A DNA stretch of 64,000 bases from contig CAWFAD010000016.1 of assembly GCA_963813815.1 (NCBI GenBank), positions 320,001 to 384,000 of the forward strand, given 5' to 3'. The number at the start of each line of letters is the position of its first letter. The first letter of the stretch is position 1. The DNA comes from an uncultured bacterium. Lineage in GTDB: Bacteria > Krumholzibacteriota > Krumholzibacteriia > Krumholzibacteriales > Krumholzibacteriaceae. The notes under the pieces are model-generated. The model saw only the letters and a list, made by a program, of their open reading frames with translations. It was not told the origin of the DNA and made no database searches. Below, piece after piece: positions 40,880 to 50,192 of this stretch. The translations under genes were made by a program, and so were the position numbers.

Positions 40880-42262
40880 GTGGAGAGAAAATCTCGTTTC
40901 AAGCATGACGGCGTGCTGCACGCCACCATAAACGGCCACCGGTTCCACCTTCGGCGCAAGGACCCGACACGCGACGACTTTCTCTGGATCGACGGCCGGC
41001 AGCCGCCGATCGTTCTCGATCGGACTGCGGCTGATTTCGTTTCTCATCTCATCGACGCGATGTGGCTCCATCAGCGGGGCAACGGAGACCAGTCGCAAGC
41101 GGTGATCGACTACGTCGTGGAAAAGATGGCCGGGCGCTACTCGCGGGGGCCGCGCCTTTTCGGGCGCGCCGTCGCGCGCGAGACGATCGCCGCCGACCTG
41201 AACAGAATCTTCGGCACGCTGATGAGACTCGCGGAAGGGACGTGTCCCGCGGAAGCGGGGCTCGGTTCGAAGGAGATACGATACGGGAAGTGGCTCGCGC
41301 CCGCCCGCATGGATCTCGCCGTGACCTACCGGTGCAACCTGAAATGCGGGAAATGCTACGTCGGCGACCGGCGCGTCGAGCGGGAGCTCGGCACGCGGGA
41401 ATGGGTCTGCGTCTACGAGACGCTCTGGAAGTCGGGCGTGCCGCAGGTCGTTTTCACCGGCGGGGAGCCGACGCTGCGGGACGATATCGTAGAGCTCGTG
41501 AGCGAGGCCGACGAGTTCGTCACCGGTCTCGTCACGAACGGCACGAGGCTCCGCGAGCTCTCCGAGGCCCTGCGCGACGCGAGCCTCGACTACGCGCAGG
41601 TCACGGTCGAGTCGTTCGACGCCGGGATTCACGACCGGATCGTCCACGCGGACGGATCGCACGCGAAGACCGTGGCCGGCATCGAACGGGCCCTCGCCGC
41701 GGGCCTCGAGATCGTGACCAATACCACGCTCACCCGCGCCAACGCCGCCTCGTTCGTCGAGACCGTGAGATGGCTGCACGGCCTCGGCATCAGGAACGTC
41801 GCCTGCAACACGCTCATCTGCAGCGGTCACGGGGTGGAATACCGGAGAGAGAACGGGCTCGACGAGAAGTCGCTCGGGGGGCTGCTCGCCGCCGCCCGCC
41901 GGACGGCGGAGGATCTGGGGATCGCGTTTCAGTGGTATTCCCCGACGTGCTATCACGGCGGCGTCGATCCGGTCGCGCTCGGCCTCGGCGTCAAAACCTG
42001 CTCGGCGGCGGCGCACAACATGACGATTCAGCCGGACGGCACGGTGCTCCCCTGCCAGTCGTGGCCCGACGCCGTGGGGAATATTCTGAAGGACGAGTGG
42101 GGCTCGATCTGGCGGCATCCGGTCTGCGTGAAGCTGCGCGAACGGCGAATGACGCCTGCGGAGTGCCGCGGGTGCGAGCACGAGATCTCGTGCGGCGGCG
42201 GGTGTCCCCTCGACGCGTCTCCGCGAATCAAGAGCGCGGGGGAAAAGGGGGCGATCGCGTGA
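40880..42262 (+). CDS. Radical SAM/SPASM protein with PqqD/RRE-like N-terminal domain
   Basis: TYRCNLKCGKCY, FTGGEPTLR, VTNG; SPASM CSAA..IQPDGTVLPCQS..CRGCEHEISCGGGCP; N-terminal VLDRTAADFV..VARETIAADL. Confidence 0.9.
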   Translation: MERKSRFKHDGVLHATINGHRFHLRRKDPTRDDFLWIDGRQPPIVLDRTAADFVSHLIDAMWLHQRGNGDQSQAVIDYVVEKMAGRYSRGPRLFGRAVARETIAADLNRIFGTLMRLAEGTCPAEAGLGSKEIRYGKWLAPARMDLAVTYRCNLKCGKCYVGDRRVERELGTREWVCVYETLWKSGVPQVVFTGGEPTLRDDIVELVSEADEFVTGLVTNGTRLRELSEALRDASLDYAQVTVESFDAGIHDRIVHADGSHAKTVAGIERALAAGLEIVTNTTLTRANAASFVETVRWLHGLGIRNVACNTLICSGHGVEYRRENGLDEKSLGGLLAAARRTAEDLGIAFQWYSPTCYHGGVDPVALGLGVKTCSAAAHNMTIQPDGTVLPCQSWPDAVGNILKDEWGSIWRHPVCVKLRERRMTPAECRGCEHEISCGGGCPLDASPRIKSAGEKGAIA

Positions 42263-43221
42263 AACGAATGCTGCCCCTCTTTCTCCTTGTCTGCCTCACG
42301 TCGATGGCCGGCGGATCGCTCGCCGGGGACACCGGGACCTACCGGATACTGAGCTACCGGGTCGCCTTGACTCCCCGCTCCGACGGCACGGTCGCGATCG
42401 ACTACTATCAAAAATGGCTCGTCACCGGCGGTCACATCCCCTGGATCACCGTGGGGACCGCCAACGACGATTTCGAGATAACGAGCCGCGGCGGCGCCGC
42501 GCTGGCGGTCGCGCCTGCCGGTCAGGGGGGCTGGAGCGGCGCGCGGCTCGATCTCGACGCGGACTATCGAGAGGGACGGACCTTCGAGGTTTCGTTCTCG
42601 ATCGCTCAGAGGCGGCTGTTCTACGCCGACAAGGACGGCTACCGGCTCGACTTCACGCCCGGCTGGTATGATCGCGCCGCCGTCGAAACGCTTCTCGTGA
42701 GCGTGAGATTCTTCGCCGACCCGGCGACGGTCGTCGTGGAGCCGCCGGCGTCGCGCGTTTCGGGCGATACGATGGAATGGGTCCGGCACGGTCTCGGAGC
42801 GGGAGAACGGTTCAACGTTCACGTATCCATACCTCGCGCGGCATTCCCGGCCGGCATCGCCGCGGGCGAGCTTCGGGGAGGCGCCGGCGGGAAGAGCTCC
42901 GGTTCGGGCGGTCTCGTCGCCTTCGTGATCGTCGTGCTCGTCATTCTTATCATCGTCGTCGTCCTGCGCTCGAGGGGAGGCCCTTACTCCGGCGGAAGAA
43001 TATTTTACGGAGGAATGCCGGGCGGGCGTTCGAGCGGCGGCAGGTCCGGGGGCGGCCGATCGAGCGGCGGAGGGGGCGGATTCGGCGGAGCGTCGATGTC
43101 CTGCGCGTGCGCGTGCGTGAGCTGCGCCTGCGCTTGCGCGTGCGCCGGCGGGGGCGGGGCCGGGTGCGCCAGAAAATCGGAGCACTCGTGCCCGCTCTGC
43201 GGGAAGGAGAGGACACCGTGA
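42259..43221 (+). CDS. DUF2207-like membrane protein with Gly-rich and (Cys-Ala)n C-terminal tail
   Basis: GTGA overlap with the radical SAM stop; signal peptide; YRVALTPRSDGTV; TM LVAFVIVVLVILIIVVVL-RSR; tail SCACACVSCACACACAGGGGAGCARKSEHSCPLCGK. Confidence 0.88.
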   Translation: MKRMLPLFLLVCLTSMAGGSLAGDTGTYRILSYRVALTPRSDGTVAIDYYQKWLVTGGHIPWITVGTANDDFEITSRGGAALAVAPAGQGGWSGARLDLDADYREGRTFEVSFSIAQRRLFYADKDGYRLDFTPGWYDRAAVETLLVSVRFFADPATVVVEPPASRVSGDTMEWVRHGLGAGERFNVHVSIPRAAFPAGIAAGELRGGAGGKSSGSGGLVAFVIVVLVILIIVVVLRSRGGPYSGGRIFYGGMPGGRSSGGRSGGGRSSGGGGGFGGASMSCACACVSCACACACAGGGGAGCARKSEHSCPLCGKERTP

Positions 43222-43760
43222 AGAGGATCGCCCGCTGCCTTTTCATCCTCGCGACGCTCGCCGCCTGCGAGGGCGGTGCGGATCGATACGACAAAAACGT
43301 CGCGGTTCCGAGGGGAGACCCTGCGTTTCCTCCGCTCGGCGCGTCGTGGGTGATCGACCGGGCCGGGGTCCTGTCGGAGCCCGTGATCGCGGCGAACGAC
43401 GCGATCTGCGAGAAGCTCAAGGCGGACGGCGTCGCCGAGGTCGTCGTGGTGATCGTGAACGGCGTCAAGCAGCCGGAGGATTGGGCCACGCATTACGGGC
43501 GATGGCTCGGTCTCGGGAGCAAGGGCCTCAGCGCCGATGGGGGGAACCGGGGGCTCGTGTGGCTCGTTCGGCCCGACGCGGAGGAAAAGCTGACCGTGTC
43601 CGTGGGGCGGGGGCTTCCCCGGTTCACGACGGTCGACTACGGCGGCATCATGGATGACGCCGTCGAGTATTTCAATTTCGGCAACTTCGACGGGGGCGTC
43701 GCGACGCTCGTCGCCCGAACGGACGAGGTCCTGCGAAGGATAAGCGTCGAAGGGAAGTAG
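43218..43760 (+). CDS. TPM-domain (DUF477-like) lipoprotein
   Basis: RBS aaggagagg; lipobox LAAC; WVIDRAGVLS, NRGLVWLV, VSVGRGL, GNFDGG. Confidence 0.85.
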   Translation: MKRIARCLFILATLAACEGGADRYDKNVAVPRGDPAFPPLGASWVIDRAGVLSEPVIAANDAICEKLKADGVAEVVVVIVNGVKQPEDWATHYGRWLGLGSKGLSADGGNRGLVWLVRPDAEEKLTVSVGRGLPRFTTVDYGGIMDDAVEYFNFGNFDGGVATLVARTDEVLRRISVEGK

Positions 43761-43778
43761 AGGAGAAAGGAGCCTCAC

Positions 43779-44402
43779 GTGAAAAAGTCCGCCGCGGGGA
43801 TCGCCGTGCTGATCGTCGTCATAGGCATCGTCGCCTTCTCTCTCGTGTCGTCGGGAGTCGGCGTCTGGAACAAGCTCAATCAGAAATTCCAGATGGTGGA
43901 GGGAGGCAAATCGCATTACTCGGCGGCCCTCAACACCTGCACGGAAAAGATCAAGGGCGTCTGGGAGATGGCCATTCAGTACATGGAGCATGAATCGGAA
44001 ACGTATCGCGCAGTGGCCGAAGCGCGCAGCGGCTACGACGCGGCGAGGGATGCGTTCGAGCAGGCGTCGGCGGAGGTCGGCGACACCGAAGCGCTCACGA
44101 AGGCGGGCTCGGAGGTTGTGAGAGCGGCCATGGCCTTCAGGATCCAGGTCGAGGCGTATCCTCAGCTTCGGGCCGCCGAGACGTCGCAGGAGAACATGCG
44201 CAACCTCGAGTCGTCGGTGAACGAGATCAAGACCGCGCTCGACGACTGGGTGGTCACGATCCGTGAGTACAATACCTATCGCGGCTCGGCATGGCCGTCC
44301 ATGCTCGGAGGTTTCATGAAGAAGTTTCCGCCGCGGATCGAGTACTACGAGGGCGAGATCGAAAAGCTCGATATCGACGATCTCAACCCCGCGAAGGGGT
44401 AA
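43779..44402 (+). CDS. lemA: LemA family protein
   Basis: N-terminal TM; YMEHESET, QVEAYPQLRA, EYNTY...WPS. Confidence 0.85.
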   Translation: MKKSAAGIAVLIVVIGIVAFSLVSSGVGVWNKLNQKFQMVEGGKSHYSAALNTCTEKIKGVWEMAIQYMEHESETYRAVAEARSGYDAARDAFEQASAEVGDTEALTKAGSEVVRAAMAFRIQVEAYPQLRAAETSQENMRNLESSVNEIKTALDDWVVTIREYNTYRGSAWPSMLGGFMKKFPPRIEYYEGEIEKLDIDDLNPAKG

Positions 44403-44567
44403 TGGGGAGCCATCGAAAGCGGTAGATCCTCGTCCCGGTCGCCTCAACCGGGGAAAATTGGCCGATTCGTCGCTCCGTGGGGCGAACTACTCATGAGTCT
44501 ATTTAATGACATATTTATTTATCGTATTATTTTGCAGCAAGTTATGTAACGTCCTTAAAGCCAAGTC

Positions 44568-44597
44568 TTGACAACGCCCGGGCAGATAAGGTATAAT
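44568..44597 (+). promoter_or_regulatory. Sigma70-type promoter
   Basis: TTGACA-N18-TATAAT. Confidence 0.75.
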
Positions 44598-44655
44598 AGG
44601 TTCTATAAATAAGCGGCTCGCGCATTCACTGCAACCTAAGAGGGGAAGGAAAAAT

Positions 44656-45345
44656 ATGCGCAAAATGCTCTTCGCGTTCCTATCCGTTATTCTCTTGCCG
44701 GCGCTCCTCGCGGCCGAGCCCGTGAGCGGCGTATTCAACTCCACCGATCTCGGCGGGCAGTTCCTGACCGGCCGCTACTCGAACTGGCGTCCCAAAAGCA
44801 CGCAGGGCACGCCGCGCGTGCTTCACATGCAGTCATGGGACGGCGCGGCTCTCGGCACTCAGTGGGACATCACGTGCCCGCTCTCTGCGACGGATTTTGC
44901 GACGGTGGACAACCGCGTGGGCGGCGTCGGCACGGTCGTCTACACGCTCAACATGAGCGGCGGAACCTTTACGTTGGCCGCCGGCGGTTGGCCGTGGGGA
45001 GACGGTTTGGGAACGCTCGGTGTCACGGTCTTTAGAACGACCGAGACCTATGCTCTCGTCAGCGGCACAGCCACGTTGATCTCGACTGTCAACAGCGGGA
45101 ACACGTACGGATCGTTCGTCAACGACTGCGCGCTCGAGCTCTCGTGGACCGGAGGCATACAGGTCAACGAGACGCCGTACGCCACGAAGCCGACGACGTA
45201 TCCTTCGTTCATCGGGAGCACCTGCGCTGCGGCGACGGCGCTCTACGGCGAATGGGGAGGCATCACCGCTATGACCCTCTTGATCGACTGCCCCATCGCG
45301 ACCGATGAATCCACCTGGGGAGCGATCAAGCAGCTCTATCGGTAA
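44656..45345 (+). CDS. Secreted protein with C-terminal TWGxIKxxYR motif
   Basis: Signal peptide; ends ATDESTWGAIKQLYR. Confidence 0.85.
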   Translation: MRKMLFAFLSVILLPALLAAEPVSGVFNSTDLGGQFLTGRYSNWRPKSTQGTPRVLHMQSWDGAALGTQWDITCPLSATDFATVDNRVGGVGTVVYTLNMSGGTFTLAAGGWPWGDGLGTLGVTVFRTTETYALVSGTATLISTVNSGNTYGSFVNDCALELSWTGGIQVNETPYATKPTTYPSFIGSTCAAATALYGEWGGITAMTLLIDCPIATDESTWGAIKQLYR

Positions 45346-45374
45346 GCTTCGACGATTCGATTCGGGAAATCTCC

Positions 45375-45412
45375 AAGGGGGGCGAGCTCAAAAGGCCGCC
45401 CCCTTCTTCTTT
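45375..45412 (+). terminator. Probable intrinsic terminator
   Basis: aaggggggcg..cgccccctt followed by cttcttt. Confidence 0.5.
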
Positions 45413-45472
45413 GATCGCGCCGCCGTTTTGATTGCCCCGCCGCCGCCGCCCGCATGCTGTATAATCCGATCG

Positions 45473-48025
45473 ATGCGAACGACGCTCGAGAGCTATCTCG
45501 ACGATTTTCTCTCGCGCGGCGACGAAACGGCCCTGGCGCGTCGCCGCGGGCTGCGGACCATTCGCACGTCCTACGGAGGGCTCGCGCGCGGTGCCTTTCG
45601 ATTCTCGCGCGAGCTCGAGGAGCGAGGCGTCGGCAGGGGCGATCGAGTTGTCCTTCAGGGGGAAAACGGCGCCGGCTGGGTCGCCGTGTTTCTCGGCTGC
45701 CTCGTTCGCGGGGCGATCGTCGTGCCGCTCGACGCTCGGAGCGAGCCGGGATTCGCGGCCCGGGTCGCGCGCCGGGTCGAGCCGAAGCTCGCCGTGATCG
45801 ATTCCGCCGCGGGGGGCGCCGGAGCGTTCGGCTGCCCGGCGGTGCCGCTCGGGGATCTGGAGGACCTCCTCTCGCGCCATCCGGCCGAACCGCGCCCCGC
45901 CGCGCTCATCGATCCGGACGACGCCCTCGAGATCGTCTTTACCTCCGGCACGACGGCCGAGCCGAGGGGCGTGCTCGTCACCCGCCGCAACCTGCTCGCG
46001 AATCTCGGGGCGCTCGAGCGGGAGATCATTCCGTACCTCAAGTACGAGTGGCTCGTCCATCCGATGCGGTTTCTGAACCTCGTGCCCCTGAGCCACGTGT
46101 TCGGGCAGATCATGGGCATGTTCGTGCCGCAGATGCTGGGAGGAGAGGTGTTCTTCCAGGAATCCCTCGGCCCCTCGCGCGTCATCGAGACGATCGAGCG
46201 GGAGCGGATATCGGTTCTCGTCGCCGTGCCGAGGATGCTCGATTCGCTCCGCGAGACGATCACCCGCGACCTCGAGGCGCGGGGCGCGATCGAAGGGTTC
46301 CACCGCTCGTTCGAAGGCGAGCGGGGACGCCATCCCCTTCGGCGCTGGTGGAGGTTTCGCGCGATCCATTCGCGATTCGGATGGAGGTTTTGGGCCTTCA
46401 TCTCAGGGGGCGCCTCGCTCTCGCCGGAAACGGAGGAGTTCTGGGACCGGCTCGGATTCGCCGTCATTCAGGGCTACGGCATGACCGAGACCGCCTCCCT
46501 CGTCAGCGTCAATCATCCCCTGAGGCTCGTCCGCGGATCGATCGGCAAGGCGATGCCCGGCACCTCGGTACGGCTCGCGGCGGACGGGGAGATACTGGTT
46601 CGCGGCGAGAGCGTCACTCCGGGATACTGGAAGGACGCGTCCGGCGCCGAGTCGTCGCCCGACGGGTGGTTTCACACCGGCGACATCGGGGAGATGGACG
46701 CGGAAGGAAATCTCTATTTCAAGGGACGCGCGAAAGAGGTCATCGTCACCGCCGCGGGGATGAAGATCCATCCGGGGGACATCGAGCGGGCGTTCGATCG
46801 CGAGCCCGAGGTCAGGGCGTCCGCCGTCATAGCCGCCGCGGGGGCCGGCGGGCCGGAGCCGCTCGCCGTGCTCGCTCTTCGCCGGAAGGCCGATGCGAAG
46901 GCCCTCGTCGACCGCGTCAACCGATCGCTCGCGCCGTACCAGCGCGTTCGCCGCTGGTTCGTCTGGCCGGAAGACGATCTCCCGCGCACGCCGACGCAGA
47001 AGGTCATGAAGCGGCTCGTCGCCGAGAAAGCGCTCGCCGGGGAGGCGATCGGCGCCGGGCGCGGGGAAGCCCTTGATGTCGCCCCCGGGATCGACTCGAT
47101 CGTCTCGCGGCTCGGCGGCGGAGCGGGACGGGCGAACGATCCATCCGCGAGGCTCGGAGCCGACCTCGGCCTCGATTCGCTCGGCCGGGTCGAGCTTCTC
47201 GACGCCGTCGAGGAGCAATACCGGATCGATCTCGACGAGGCGGCGCTCACGGAGGAAACGACGCTCGGCGATCTCGAGCGGCTCGTGCGGGGCGGAAGCG
47301 GTGGGCGGGAGTCGCCGTATCCGTATCCGCGGTGGCAGCGGAGGCCCCCCCTGAGTTGGCTCGGACTCGCGATGCTCGAGCTCCTCGCCATGCCGGCGGC
47401 GAGGCTCCTCGGACGGCCGCGAACGAGCGGCGGAGAGTTCGCGAAGAATATTCGCGGTCCGTTCGTCATCGTCTGCAACCACGTCACGGCGGTCGATCAC
47501 GCGTTCGTGCTTCTGGCCCTCCCGCGGAGGATGCGGAGGCGCACGGCGATCGCCATGGACGGAGAGATACTGCGCGAGAGGCGGCATCCGCCCCCGGGAA
47601 CGCCGATGCTCGCGCGCGTTTCCCTCGCGATCCAGTACGCTCTCGTCGTTCTGTGCTTCAACGTGTTTTCGATGCCGCGGCGGAGCGGCTTCCGGAAGAG
47701 CTTCGAGTTCGCCGGAGGGCTCCTCGATCGCGGATACAATCTGCTCGTGTTTCCGGAGGGGCGCCACACGGAGGACGGAGCGATCGGCCCCTTCATGCCG
47801 GGGACGGGCCTCCTCGTTTCGAGGCTCGACGCGCCGGTGATTCCCCTGCGGCTCGACGGACTGTGGGAGCTCAAGAAGGCGCGTAGGCGCCGGGCGCGGC
47901 CGGGAGAGATTTCGATCGTCATCGGGGAGCCGGTGCGGTATTCGCCGAATGATCGTCCCGAGCGGATCGCCGCCGATCTCGGCGCGCGCGTGAGGGGTCT
48001 CGGGCGCGGTCCGTCCGGGCAATAA
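45473..48025 (+). CDS. Acyl-CoA synthetase + ACP + PlsC-type acyltransferase fusion
   Basis: FTSGTTAEPRG, QGYGMTE, FHTGD; LGLDSLGRVEL; CNHVTAVD, VFPEG. Confidence 0.9.
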   Translation: MRTTLESYLDDFLSRGDETALARRRGLRTIRTSYGGLARGAFRFSRELEERGVGRGDRVVLQGENGAGWVAVFLGCLVRGAIVVPLDARSEPGFAARVARRVEPKLAVIDSAAGGAGAFGCPAVPLGDLEDLLSRHPAEPRPAALIDPDDALEIVFTSGTTAEPRGVLVTRRNLLANLGALEREIIPYLKYEWLVHPMRFLNLVPLSHVFGQIMGMFVPQMLGGEVFFQESLGPSRVIETIERERISVLVAVPRMLDSLRETITRDLEARGAIEGFHRSFEGERGRHPLRRWWRFRAIHSRFGWRFWAFISGGASLSPETEEFWDRLGFAVIQGYGMTETASLVSVNHPLRLVRGSIGKAMPGTSVRLAADGEILVRGESVTPGYWKDASGAESSPDGWFHTGDIGEMDAEGNLYFKGRAKEVIVTAAGMKIHPGDIERAFDREPEVRASAVIAAAGAGGPEPLAVLALRRKADAKALVDRVNRSLAPYQRVRRWFVWPEDDLPRTPTQKVMKRLVAEKALAGEAIGAGRGEALDVAPGIDSIVSRLGGGAGRANDPSARLGADLGLDSLGRVELLDAVEEQYRIDLDEAALTEETTLGDLERLVRGGSGGRESPYPYPRWQRRPPLSWLGLAMLELLAMPAARLLGRPRTSGGEFAKNIRGPFVIVCNHVTAVDHAFVLLALPRRMRRRTAIAMDGEILRERRHPPPGTPMLARVSLAIQYALVVLCFNVFSMPRRSGFRKSFEFAGGLLDRGYNLLVFPEGRHTEDGAIGPFMPGTGLLVSRLDAPVIPLRLDGLWELKKARRRRARPGEISIVIGEPVRYSPNDRPERIAADLGARVRGLGRGPSGQ

Positions 48026-48108
48026 ATCCGCAGGAAAGGTCCGGGCGATGATATATATTAAGGATTGAACGAGTCGGGAATCCGTTGAAACGAGCAGGGG
48101 AGGTTCAC

Positions 48109-48879
48109 ATGAAACGCTTCGCATATTTCGTCGCCGGTCTCGCGATCCTCGCGATGCCCGCGGTCGCGGCGTGTCAGAAGGCGGAGGAGAAGACTCCGAC
48201 CCCGGATGCGTCGGCCGCGGCCGCGCACGAATTCACGCAGGCGGAGATAACCGCGTCGGTTCCCGAGCTGAGGGATCTGCACGAGGTCGTCTACCCGCTC
48301 TGGCACAGCGCGTATCCGGACAAGGATTTCGCGATGATCAAGGAGCTTCTTCCGCAGATGGACACCCTGACCGCGCGGCTCGACGCCGCCCCGCTGCCGG
48401 GGATCCTGCGCGAGAAGCAGGCGGCGTGGGACGAGAAGAAGACGAACCTGAAATCGACGCTCCAACAGCTCCACGCGGCGGCGTCGAAAGACGATCAGTC
48501 CGAGATGCTGAAGCAGGTCGAGGCGTTCCACGCCGTCTACGAGCAGCTCGTGCGGACGATCCGTCCTCTCGTCAAGGAGCTCGACGCCTATCATCAGGAG
48601 CTCTACAAGCTCTACCACTACTACGCGCCCGCGTACGACATCGAGAAGATCCGCTCCGCGGCCGCCGCCATGGCGGAAAAGATTCCGGCCCTCAAGGCGG
48701 CGGCGCTTCCGAAGCGGCTCGCCGACCGGCAGGCGGATTTCACGGCGGCCGTCGCGGCGCTCGAGACGTCGACGCTCGAGCTCGTCGAGATCGCCAAGGG
48801 GGACGCCAAGGAGAAGATTCTCGAAGCGGTGGAAAAGGTCCACGCCGCTTATCAGGGCGCCGAGCGCATGTTCGACTAG
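48109..48879 (+). CDS. Helical lipoprotein with two internal His-containing repeats
   Basis: RBS ggggagg; lipobox VAAC; ELRDLHEVVYPLWH..FH and ELDAYHQELYKLYH..VH. Confidence 0.8.
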   Translation: MKRFAYFVAGLAILAMPAVAACQKAEEKTPTPDASAAAAHEFTQAEITASVPELRDLHEVVYPLWHSAYPDKDFAMIKELLPQMDTLTARLDAAPLPGILREKQAAWDEKKTNLKSTLQQLHAAASKDDQSEMLKQVEAFHAVYEQLVRTIRPLVKELDAYHQELYKLYHYYAPAYDIEKIRSAAAAMAEKIPALKAAALPKRLADRQADFTAAVAALETSTLELVEIAKGDAKEKILEAVEKVHAAYQGAERMFD

Positions 48880-48898
48880 GGAGCCCGGGAGCCGCGCC

Positions 48899-50161
48899 AT
48901 GATCCGGTTTGCTACGCTGCACGACGTGATCGTCATAGGAGGCGGCGCCTCGGGGATGTTCGCGGCGGGACGCGCGGCCGAAAACGGCTCGCGCGTTCTG
49001 CTGCTCGAACGAAACGACCGCCTCGGGAGGAAGCTCGCCATCACCGGCAAGGGCCGGTGCAACCTGACCAACACCGACGAGACGGCCGCGTTCATAGAAA
49101 ATTTCGGCCGCAACGGCAAGTTTCTCTACCGCGCGTTCACGGAGTTCTCGAACCGCGATCTCGTGGCGTTTTTCGACTCGCGCGGCGTTCCCACGAAGGA
49201 AGAGCGGGGCGGACGGATATTCCCGGCGAGCGAGAGCTCCGCGAGCGTCGTGAGAGCGCTGGCCGGGTACGTGAAAGAGAGCGGGGTGTCCGTCCGGTTC
49301 AACTCCCGCGTGGAGCGGATCGTCGTCGATCCCGTCTCCGGCTCCGTGGCGGGCGTGCACGAGGCCGGCCGCGCGGGGACGATCGCCGCGAAGAAAGTCA
49401 TACTCGCGACGGGCGGGCTTTCCTATCCCGCCACGGGCTCGACGGGCGACGGCTACGCGATGGCCGAGGCGCTCGGCCACACGATCGTGCCGCCTCGCCC
49501 CGCGCTCGTTCCCCTCGAAACGGTGGAGCGGTTTCCGAAAGAGCTCGCGGGGCTGTCCCTCGAGAACGTCAGGGCGACGGCCCTCGGCGACGGCGCCAAA
49601 ATAGCCGACGAGTTCGGCGACATGCTCTTCACTCATTTCGGCGTATCGGGTCCCATTATTCTCAGGCTGAGCGGCGCTGTCGTCGAGCGTCACGCGAGGA
49701 AAGAGCGGGTCGAGATCTCGATCGACCTCAAGCCCGCGCTCGACCGAAACAAGCTCGAGAACCGGCTCGTCCGCGAGCTCTCGAGCTCAGGCGCCAAAGC
49801 GCTTCGAACGGTCATGAAGGAGCTGCTTCCGCGCGCGCTCATTCCGGCCTTCGTCGAATCGAGCGGAATTCCCGGCGACAAGAAATGCAGCCAGATAACG
49901 GGGGCCGAGAGGAGAAAGCTCGTCGACGCGTTCAAGGATTTCCGTTTGACGGTGCGCCGGCCGAGACCCGTCGCGGAGGCCATCGTCACGCGCGGCGGAA
50001 TCGATCTCAGGGAGATCGATCCGCGGACGATGGAGTCGAAGAAGGTGAAGGGGCTCTATTTCTGCGGAGAGATCATCGACATCGACGGAACCACCGGCGG
50101 GTACAACCTGCAGGCGGCCTTTTCGACCGCTCATCTCGCGGCGCTCCGCCGCGCGGAATGA
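48899..50161 (+). CDS. HI0933/BaiN-family flavoprotein
   Basis: IGGGASG, GRKLAITGKGRCNLTN, ATGGLSYPATGSTGDG, LFTHFGVSGP, GGYNLQAAF. Confidence 0.92.
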   Translation: MIRFATLHDVIVIGGGASGMFAAGRAAENGSRVLLLERNDRLGRKLAITGKGRCNLTNTDETAAFIENFGRNGKFLYRAFTEFSNRDLVAFFDSRGVPTKEERGGRIFPASESSASVVRALAGYVKESGVSVRFNSRVERIVVDPVSGSVAGVHEAGRAGTIAAKKVILATGGLSYPATGSTGDGYAMAEALGHTIVPPRPALVPLETVERFPKELAGLSLENVRATALGDGAKIADEFGDMLFTHFGVSGPIILRLSGAVVERHARKERVEISIDLKPALDRNKLENRLVRELSSSGAKALRTVMKELLPRALIPAFVESSGIPGDKKCSQITGAERRKLVDAFKDFRLTVRRPRPVAEAIVTRGGIDLREIDPRTMESKKVKGLYFCGEIIDIDGTTGGYNLQAAFSTAHLAALRRAE

Positions 50162-50192
50162 ACCCGGCGGCGCTTTCCGCCCGTCCGCGGAA

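Noticed and set aside
41062..42258. Long N-terminal extension of the Cys-tail protein (719-aa ORF)
   Set aside because: Off-frame overlap of the radical SAM gene; the real start is GTG 42259, with RBS and signal peptide
39770..43221. Thiazole (TOMM/LAP) cluster acting on the Cys tail
   Set aside because: No YcaO or E1-like gene in the window, and the SagB-like protein looks exported while the tail is predicted cytoplasmic
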